Position numbers and translations under genes: made by a program. The notes under the pieces are model-generated. The model did not search any database and was not told the origin of the DNA. It saw only the letters and a program-made list of their open reading frames with translations. This document shows positions 1 to 8,485 of a stretch of 64,000 nucleotides of DNA, piece after piece. The stretch is from assembly GCA_964016885.1 (NCBI GenBank), contig OZ024741.1:410254001-410318000 (forward strand). The letters run 5' to 3'. Position 1 is the stretch's first letter, and the number at the start of each line of letters is the position of its first letter. The stretch comes from Eledone cirrhosa (Eukaryota).

Positions 1-182
1 AGTACACTGGTGGTTTTTTCCCTGTTTTATTAATAGCGCACTGTATATCTCTCTCTGGTGTGTTACCTTTTCATAATATTGTATTTTAAAGAGCTCAAGA
101 TTTCTTCTCCTTTGAGTACATTATTTACAGGGAATAGCGAGGGCCTATGCCTCCGTTAATTTATCGTGATATATATATATAT

Positions 183-677
183 TGTGCCAACTCCATGGCC
201 TCCATGTACTCTATTGAAGCCGTCGCAGTGTTTACCTACGTGTCCGTTAAAATCCCCTGCAATGATTAGGAAGTCCTTGTCGTCTGTTAGAGCAGTAGTG
301 TGTATTAGGGACTCGTAAAACCTATCCTTAAGTTCGTCTGGCAGCCCCGATTGGGGTGCGTAAGCTGATATTATTGTGGTAATTGTCTTATTCAGGACTA
401 GTCTGAGTTTAATGATTCTTGCATTTACCCTGTACACTGAGATTACTTTATCTACCCACTTGTCAGCTAATAGTATACCTACACCACCCATCCCATCGTC
501 ATTTCCCACCCAGAAAAATTTGTAGCACTGGCTTTTTCCTACAAGGACTCTAGCAGACCCTCCTCTCCATCTAGTCTCTTGCACACAGCATACATCAACT
601 TCCTTTCGCTCTAGCATTTCTACGATTTCTCCTGCTCTTCCTTTCATTGAGCCTACATTGATGGTACCAACTCGGAG
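183..677 (-). pseudogene. Inverted N-terminal APE endonuclease segment of RTE copy 1 (165 codons)
   Basis: ORF 156..704(-) carries LRVGTINVGS, DVCCVQETRW, GGVGILL, ISAYAPQ and IIAGDFNGHVG (EEP/APE motifs). It ends at GGHGVGT and then runs into the (AT)n flank. Confidence 0.92.
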
Positions 678-700
678 TGAGGAAGGATTCAGACTTCTCA

Positions 701-3247
701 ACAAGGAATGAGGAAGGATTCAGACTTCTAGAATTCTGCGACGCCAATGACATGTCGATATGTAACACAAACTTTAAAAAACCCGACAACCACCTGATCA
801 CCTATAGATCAGGGGAGCACTCTAGTCAGTTAGATTTTATCCTCATCAGAGGACGTGACAGATGGACGGTCGTAAACACAAAAGCCTTCCCTAGTGAGGA
901 ATGTACATCCCAACATAGCTTAGTTGTCAGCGACCTCACGGTCAGAACTAGACGAGCCCTGAAACAGAGGCCAACCTGGAGAAGAAAGATCTGGAAGCTG
1001 AAAGTCCCCTCAACCAGTAACAGATTTAAAGATATTTTACTCAACGCCTACGACAGTAAAGAAGAACAGATAGAGACATTTAACGTAGAAGAGAACTGGG
1101 AGTTCCTAAAAAATAACTTACTAGAGGCGACGGATGAGGTTTGTGGCTGGAGTAAGACCTCAAGCAGGAGGAGAGTGACTTGGTGGTGGAACAATAAGGT
1201 AGATGAAGCAGTCAAGGCCAAGAGACAGGCATGGAAAGAATGGAAGAACGGGGGGAGCAGGGTACATTACATAGAGACCAAGAGGGAAGCTAGGCGACAA
1301 GTATACTTAGCTAGGAGGGAAGCAGAGGATAGAAAATTCAAGCATGTTTTACAACGTGAGGACCAGAAACAGGAGGTATTCAAGATTGCGAGGCAGTGTG
1401 TCAGAGATAGTTGTGATGTCATTGGAGAGAAGTGTATCCGGAATGATAAAGGTGAGCTTGCCCTCACAAGTGCTGAGAAGAAAGATGCATGGAAGAGTCA
1501 TTATGATAGATTACTAAATGAGGAGAATGCATGGGAAGAAGAGACCCTACCCCACGTAGACCCTATAGAGGGACCAGCAGTACAAGTCAGCGGCAGCGTA
1601 GTAAGTAAGGCAATCAGAGATATGAAGATAGGGAAGGCAACCGGTCCATCGGGTATAGCTGCCGAGATGCTGAAGGCATCTGGGTCTGTAGGTCACACTA
1701 TAACCACACGTATCGTTAACCAGGTAATACTAGAGGGGGCCATACCAAAAGATTGGTGCAGTAGCATCATTGTCAACTGCTACAAAGGTAAAGGCGATGC
1801 ACTAGATAGAGGAAACTATAGAGGTATAAAGTTGATGGACCAGGTCATGAAAGTAACAGAAAGAGTTATAGCACAGCTGATTAGGGACCGGGTGAATATA
1901 GACGAGATGCAATTTGGGTTTGTTCCAGGGAAAGGCACCACTGATGCGCTCTTCCTTGTGAGGCAATTACAGGAAAAGTACCTAGCTAAAAGTAAGCCAC
2001 TCTACTTGGCATTTGTCGACCTTGAGAAAGCCTTTGACAGAGTTCCACGTGCAGTAATCTGGTGGGCTCTTAGAAAACTAGGAGTAGATGAATGGCTTGT
2101 GAAAGCGGTACAAGCCATGTATAGGGGAGCAGTCAGCAAAGTTAGGATTGGCAATGAGTATAGCGAGGAATTTAGCGTACAGGTTGGGGTCCACCAGGGC
2201 TCTGTTCTTAGCCCTCTCCTGTTCATCATAGTCCTGCAGGCAATAACGGAGGAGTTTAAGACCGGATGCCCATGGGAACTCCTGTATGCTGATGACCTCG
2301 CACTCATAGCTGAATCTATGGTAGAACTAGAGAATAAATTCCAAACCTGGAAGCAGGGACTAGAGAGAAAGGGCCTCAAAGTCAACATGACAAAGACTAA
2401 GGTCCTTATAAGTAGACGAGAAAACAGAACCCAGATCCCCTCAGGGAAATGGCCTTGCTCAGTATGTAGGAAAGGTGTAGGTAGGAACTCCATTCTTTGC
2501 CCCAAATGCAAACAATGGGTACACAAGAGATGTAGCGGGATCTCAGGAAGCTTAATTAAGAATGTAGGATTCACATGCAGCAGCTGTGCTGAAACAGCAA
2601 GCAAACAGCCACAGGAAACAAGTACCACCAATCTCTGGGAGGGCCCTGTAGAAACAGTAGACAGCTTCTGCTACCTAGGTGACCGAATTAGCAACGGAGG
2701 TGGGTGCTCAGAAAGTACAATAACTAGGGTAAGAACGGGATGGAAGAAGTTTAGGGAACTACTACCACTGCTAGCTGCAAAAGGCTTCTCCCTCAGAATG
2801 AAAGGCAGACTGTATGATGCGTGTATCCGAACAGCGATGTTGCATGGTAGTGAGACCTGGGCGCTGAAGGTGGAAGACTTACGTAGATTAGAGAGAAACG
2901 AAGCCTGCATGCTCCGATGGATGTGTAACAGTAATATACGTGAACGACAAAGCATAAATGAATTGAGAGAGAGACTGAGCATAAGAGGAATCAAATGCTG
3001 CGTGCAGGAGAGGCGGTTACGCTGGTATGGACATGTGATGCGTATGAAGGATGACAGCTGCATAAAAAGGTGCAGAGCACTAGAAGTTGATGGAAACCGC
3101 GGAGTGGGGAGACCCAAGATGACTTGGGATGAGGTGATAAAAGCCGACCTTACCCAACTACACCTCTCAAAGTCAATGACACACGACCGTGACTTCTGGC
3201 GTCACGCAGTAATACAGGGTACCCGACCTCCCATGGGTACATGCTGA
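701..3247 (+). CDS. RTE polyprotein C-terminal part (EN C-half, RT with PHD-like insert, C-terminal domain); frame open but lacks its native start
   Basis: ORF 677..3247 has no internal stops. Genuine element sequence begins at T-RNEEGFRLLEFC (701) and includes SQLDFIL and SQHSLV (EN end) and YADD. The first residues (MRKDSDFS) come from the inversion junction. Confidence 0.9.
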   Translation, partial: TRNEEGFRLLEFCDANDMSICNTNFKKPDNHLITYRSGEHSSQLDFILIRGRDRWTVVNTKAFPSEECTSQHSLVVSDLTVRTRRALKQRPTWRRKIWKLKVPSTSNRFKDILLNAYDSKEEQIETFNVEENWEFLKNNLLEATDEVCGWSKTSSRRRVTWWWNNKVDEAVKAKRQAWKEWKNGGSRVHYIETKREARRQVYLARREAEDRKFKHVLQREDQKQEVFKIARQCVRDSCDVIGEKCIRNDKGELALTSAEKKDAWKSHYDRLLNEENAWEEETLPHVDPIEGPAVQVSGSVVSKAIRDMKIGKATGPSGIAAEMLKASGSVGHTITTRIVNQVILEGAIPKDWCSSIIVNCYKGKGDALDRGNYRGIKLMDQVMKVTERVIAQLIRDRVNIDEMQFGFVPGKGTTDALFLVRQLQEKYLAKSKPLYLAFVDLEKAFDRVPRAVIWWALRKLGVDEWLVKAVQAMYRGAVSKVRIGNEYSEEFSVQVGVHQGSVLSPLLFIIVLQAITEEFKTGCPWELLYADDLALIAESMVELENKFQTWKQGLERKGLKVNMTKTKVLISRRENRTQIPSGKWPCSVCRKGVGRNSILCPKCKQWVHKRCSGISGSLIKNVGFTCSSCAETASKQPQETSTTNLWEGPVETVDSFCYLGDRISNGGGCSESTITRVRTGWKKFRELLPLLAAKGFSLRMKGRLYDACIRTAMLHGSETWALKVEDLRRLERNEACMLRWMCNSNIRERQSINELRERLSIRGIKCCVQERRLRWYGHVMRMKDDSCIKRCRALEVDGNRGVGRPKMTWDEVIKADLTQLHLSKSMTHDRDFWRHAVIQGTRPPMGTC
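2456..2587 (+). other. PHD-type (C4HC3) zinc finger coding segment inside RT of RTE copy 1
   Basis: CSVC-x10-CPKC-x4-H-x2-C-x14-CSSC matches the C4HC3 spacing. It lies between KTKVL and VDSFCYLG. Confidence 0.8.
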
Positions 3248-3552
3248 AGCATATAAACGATATGCCCCCCCCCCCACCGCAAGGTGGTCGTGGAGGTGCC
3301 ACGGCAAAAAAGCACCCAGCCCACACTGTAAAGTGGACGTGTAGGTGCCACGAAAAAGCACCCAGCACTCACTGTAAATGAGGTTGGTGTTAGGAAGGGC
3401 ATCCAGCTGTAGAAATCAAGCCAGATCAGTTCCTGTATGAGCTAGGCATGGTCAGCCGACCAGACACTGCCCACAACAGGACAACCCGTCTAACCCATGC
3501 TAGCGTGGAAGAACGGACGTAAAACGGTGATGATGATGATGATGATGATGAT
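3248..3552 (+). other. RTE copy 1 3' UTR with structured repeats and (TGA)n tail
   Basis: C-run, CCACC-GCAA-GGTGG hairpin (3274-3287), two ~49-nt repeats starting at 3289 and 3338, GGTTGGTGTTAGGAAGGGCATCC motif shared with copy 2, and a TGA microsatellite tail. Confidence 0.85.
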
Positions 3553-3636
3553 ATATATGTGGGTGTGTGTGCATGCATGTGTGTGTATATTTATATATTA
3601 ACATATATACACACACACACTTATATATACATATAT
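3551..3636. repeat. Mixed (AT)n/(GT)n/(CA)n microsatellite tract
   Basis: Read directly. It continues the (AT)n run at 169-181 that RTE copy 1 interrupted. Confidence 0.8.
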
Positions 3637-3690
3637 CAAAATTACAATCATCATAGTCATTTTACATTATTTCCCTGCTGGACAGGTTTT

Positions 3691-6216
3691 CATAGACACT
3701 GTCTATGTTGTTTAACCCTTCCATTACTATATTTCTAATGTAAGACACTGTCTATGTTGTTTAACCCTTTTACTAACATATTTCTAATGAAAGACACTGT
3801 CTATGTTGTTTAACCCTTTCACTACCATCTTTAACACTTTCATTACCATATTTCTGATGAAAGACACTGTTTATGTCATTAACCCTTTCATTACCAGATT
3901 TCTAATCTAAGAGACTGTCTATGTTGTTTAACCCTTTCATTACCATATTTCTAATGTAAGACACTGTCTATGTTGTTTAACCCTTTCATTACCATATTTC
4001 TAATGTAAGACACTGTCTATGTTGTTTAACCCTTTCATTACCATATTTCTAATGTAAGACACTGTCTATGTTGTTTAACCCTTCCATTACCATATTTCTA
4101 TGAAAGACACTGTCTATGTTGTTTAACCCTTTCATTACCATCTTTCTAATGTAAGAGACTGTCTATGTTGTTTAGCCCTTTCACTACCATATTTGTAATG
4201 AAAGACACTGTCTATGTCTTTAACCCTTTCATTACCATATTTCTAATGTAAGACACTGTCTATGTTGTTTAACCCTTCCATTACCATATTTCTATGAAAG
4301 ACACTGTCTATGTTGTTTAACCCTTTCATTACCATCTTTCTAATGTAAGAGACTGTCTATGTTGTTTAGCCCTTTCACTACCATATTTGTAATGAAAGAC
4401 ACTGTCTATGTCTTTAACCCTTTCATTACCATATTTCTAATGTAAGACACTGTCTATGTTGTTTAATCCTTTCATTACCATATTTCTAATGAAAGACACT
4501 GTCTATATTTCTTAACCCTTCCATTACCATATTTCTAATGTAAGACACTGTCTATGTTGTTTAATCTTTTCATTACCATATTTCTAATGTAAGAGACTGT
4601 CTATGTTGCTTAACCCTTTCGCTACCATATTTCTAATGTAAGACACTGTCTATGTTGTTTAACCCTTTCATTACCATATTTCTAATGGAAGACACTGTCT
4701 ATGTTGTTTAACACTTTCATTACCATATTTCTAATTTAAGACACTGTTTATGTTGTTTAACCCTTTCATTACCATATTTCTAATGTAAGACACTGTCTAT
4801 GTTGTTTAATCTTTTCATTACCATATTTCTAATGAAAGACACTAACTATGTCTTTAACACTTTCACTAGCATATTTCTAATGAAAGACACTGTCTATGTT
4901 TCTTAACCCTTTTTGCCATATTTCTAATGTAAGACATTGTCTATGTTGTTTAACCCTTTCATTACCATATTTCTAATGTAAGAGACTGTGTATGTTGGTT
5001 AATCCTTCCATTACCATATTTCTAATGAAAGAAACTGTCTATGTCTTTAACCCTTTCATTACCATATTTCTTATGTAAGACACTGTCTATGTTGTTTTAC
5101 CCTTTCATTACCATATTTCTAATGTAAACACTGTGTATGTTGTTTAACCATTTCATTACCATATTTCTAATGTAAGACACTGTCTATGTTGTTTAACCCT
5201 TTCATTACCATATTTCTAATGTAAGACACTGTCTATGTTGTTTTACCCTTTCATTACCATATTTCTAATGAAAGACACTGTCTATGTTGTTTTACCCTTT
5301 CACTACCATATTTGTAATGTAAGACACTGTCTATGTTGTTTAACCCTTTCATTACCATATTTCTAATGTAAGACACTGTCTATGTTGTTTAACCCTTTCA
5401 TTACCATATTTCTAATGTAAGACACTGTCTATGTTGTTTAACCCTTTCATTACCATATTTCTAATGAAAGACACTGTCTATGTTGTTTAACCCTTTCATT
5501 ACCATATTTCTAATGTAAGACACTGTCTATGTTGTTTAACCCTTTCATTACCATATTTCTAATGTAAGAGACTGTCTATGTTTGTTAACCCTTTCATTAC
5601 CATATTTATAATGAAAGACCCTGTCTATGTTGTTTAACCCTTTCATTACCATATTTCTAATGAAAGACCCTGTCTATGTTGTTTAACCCTTTCATTACCA
5701 TATTTCTAATGAAAGACACTGTCTATGTTGTTTAACCCTTTCATTACCATATTTCTAATGTTAGACACTGTCTATATTGTTTAACCCTTTCATTACCATA
5801 TTTCTAATGAAAGACCCTGTCTATGTTGTTTAACCCTTTCATTACTATATTTCTAATGTAAGACACTATCTATGTTGTTTAACCCTTTCATTACCATATT
5901 TCTAATGTAAGACACTGTCTATGTTGTTTAAACATTTCATTACCATATTTCTAATGTAAGACACTGTCTACGTTGTTTAACCCTTTCATTACCTTATTTA
6001 TAATGTAAGACACTGTCTATGTTGTTTAACCTTTTCACTACCATCTTTAACACTTTCATTACCATATTTCTTATGTAAGACACTGTCGATGTTGTTTAAC
6101 CCTTTCATTACCATATTTCTAATGTAAGACACTGTCTATATTGTTTAACCCTTTCATTACCATATTTCTAATGTAAGACACTGTCTATGTTGTTTAACCC
6201 TTTCACTACCATATTT
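3691..6216 (+). repeat. 49-bp satellite array, block 1 (left edge of array)
   Basis: ACACTGTCTATG recurs every 49 bp (e.g. 3961, 4010). Consensus monomer is 15/49 G+C and contains no CpG. Confidence 0.98.
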
Positions 6217-6217
6217 A

Positions 6218-8485
6218 AAAATATGGAAGCTAAAGGACCCCACAGCCAAAAATAAATTTCAAAACATATTACTTGATGCTTTCGACAGTAAGGAAGAACA
6301 TTTAGAGTCAGACAATATAGAGGGACAGTGGGAATTTCTGAAAGCAAACCTGCTGTTGGCGACAGACGAAGTCTGTGGCTGGAGCAGGCCTGTAGGCAGG
6401 AGGAGAGTAACATGGTGGTGGAACAGTAAGGTGGAGGGGTCAATTAAGGCCAAAAAGCAGGCTTGGAAAGTATGGCGGGATGGGGGAAGTAGAGTAGACT
6501 ATCAAGTGGCCAGGAGGGAAGCTAGGAGAGAAGTGTACTAAGCAAGAAGGGAAGCTGAGGAAAGAAACTTCAAGCATGTCCTACAACGTGATGACCAAAA
6601 ACGTGAGGTGTTCAGGATTGCTAGGCAATGCGTCAAGGAAAACCGTGATATTGTCGGGGAGAAGTGTGTACTTAACGATGATGGCATACTTGCCATCACC
6701 GACACTGATAAGAAGGTAGCTTGGAAGTGTCACTATGAAAGGCTACTAAATGAGGAGAATAAATGGGAGAAAGACAGTCTCCCCCATATCGACCCAATAG
6801 AGGGACCAGCAGTGTTAGTCGAGGGGAGTATAATAAGTAAGGCAATCAAGGATATGAAGACAGGTAAGGCGGCTGGGCCTTCGGAAATAGTTGCTGAGAT
6901 GCTGAAGGCATCTGGCACGGTGGGACACACCATGGTCACTCGCATAGTTAACCATGTCGTACAGAATGGGGTTGTTCCGAAGGACTGGCATAGCAGCATC
7001 ATCGTTAACTGTTATAAGGGTAAAGGAGACGCCCTAGATAGGAGTAACTATAGAGGCATTAAATTAATCGACCAGGTCATGAAGGTCACGGAAAAAGTAA
7101 TAGCGCAACTAATCAGAGAGAGAATTGACCTAGATGAAATGCAGTTCGGGTTTGTGTCAGGCAAAAGTACCACAGACGCTCTTTTCATAGTACGACAACT
7201 ACAGGAGAAGTTCCTAGCTAAAGGTAAACCCCTCTACTTAGCTTTTGTCGACTTGGAGAAAGCCTTCGACAGAGTCCCCCGGTCCATTATCTGGTGGGCT
7301 CTTAGAAAACTAGGCGTTGACGAATGGCTTGTGAGGGCTATACAAGCCATGTATAAAGAAACAGTCAGCAAGGTTAGAATTAACAACGAATATAGTGAAG
7401 AGTTTAGCGTAAAAGTTGGCGTCCATCAGGGCTCTGTTCTCAGCCCCCTACTATTTATTATTGCCCTTCAGACTATAACAGAGGAGTTCAAGACAGGCTG
7501 CCCATGGGAACTCCTATACGCAGACGACCTGACACTCATAGCGGAATCAATGGCCGAGCTAGAGAAGAAATTCCAAACATGGAAGCACGGCCTAGAGTCA
7601 AAAGGACTTAAAATTAACCTGGCTAAGACCAAAGTTCTAGTTTGTAGGAAAGAAAACAAGGCGGCGGTCCCTTCTGGGAAATGGCCGTGCTCGGTGTGTA
7701 GGAAAGGCGTAGGTAGAAACTCCATTTTATGTCCTAAATGCAAAGTATGGGTGCATAAAAGATGTAGTGGGATCACAGGTAAGCTAACTAAGAACATAGA
7801 TTTTACATGTGGCCGGTGTTCTGGTGCAATAAGTAGCAGCAAGTGCCCACAAAATACTAGCTCTTTCAATTGCGCAGAGGGTTCTATAGAAATAGTGGAC
7901 AGCTTCTGTTACCTGGGCGATAAAATCAGCAGTGGGGGAGGGTGCTCTGAAAGTACTGTAGCTAGAGTCAGAACTGGTTGGAAAAAGTTCAGAGAGCTTA
8001 TACCACTATTAGCTGCTAAAGGGTTCTCCCTAAAAATGAAAGGCAGGTTGTACGATGCCTGCATACGAACAGCAATGCTGCATGGCAGTGACACCTGGGC
8101 ATTGTGTGCAGAGGATATACGCAGACTAGAGAGGAACGAAGCTTGCATGCTCCGCTGGATGTGTAACAGTAATATACGTGAACGGCAAAGCATAAACGAA
8201 CTAAGGAAAAAATTAGAGATAAGAGGGATCAGATGTTGTTTACTCGAGAGAAGGCTACGTTGGTATGGTCACGTGATGCGCATGAAAGTCGATAGCTGTA
8301 TAACAAAGTGCAGGGCAATAAAGATAGACGGTAGCCACGGAATAGGCAGACCTAGAAAAACCTGGGACGAGCTGATAAACTCCGACCTCACACACTTACA
8401 CCTCTCCAAGACAATGTCACTGGACCGAGACCTTTGGCGGTACTCAGTAACAGAGAAGACCCGCCTTGCCAGTAGGCATCTCTAA
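6218..8485 (+). pseudogene. RTE copy 2 ORF remnant (RT + PHD-like insert + C-terminus), EN missing, one in-frame stop
   Basis: ORFs 6356..6541 and 6608..8485 are in the same frame. TAA at 6539-6541 replaces the Leu of VYLARRE seen in copy 1. The frame extends upstream to the junction at 6218. Confidence 0.92.
7688..7819 (+). other. PHD-type (C4HC3) zinc finger coding segment inside RT of RTE copy 2
   Basis: CSVC-x10-CPKC-x4-H-x2-C-x14-CGRC, with all eight ligands conserved relative to copy 1. Confidence 0.8.

Larger units (their letters stand above)
182..3552 (+). mobile_element. RTE-clade non-LTR retrotransposon (LINE), near-complete ORF, 5' part inverted
   Basis: An APE endonuclease N-half lies on the minus strand (183-677). 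The rest of EN plus RT lies on the plus strand (motifs QFGF, AFVDLEKAFD, GVHQGSVLSP, LLYADD, FCYLG, RRLRWYGHVMR, GRP..TW, typical of single-ORF RTE elements). A 3' UTR and (TGA)n tail follow at 3528-3551. TGATATATAT flanks both sides (167-176, 3549-3558), a plausible TSD in low-complexity DNA. Confidence 0.93.

Noticed and set aside
156-704. Standalone host endonuclease/CFDP2-like gene divergent from an RT gene
   Set aside because: It is the exact missing N-terminal part of the adjacent RTE ORF, inverted.
3289-3386. RTE UTR repeat spacing (49 nt) equals the satellite period, and both contain ACACTGT..ATGT
   Set aside because: Similarity is limited to ~15 nt. The rest is unalignable and GC content differs, so a shared origin is unsupported.
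595-3402. Minus-strand ORFs overlapping RTE copy 1 (and equivalents at 6168-8753 and 52353-53136)
   Set aside because: These are antisense shadows of the real frames or UTRs with no recognisable domains. Their similarity between copies just mirrors the sense ORF.
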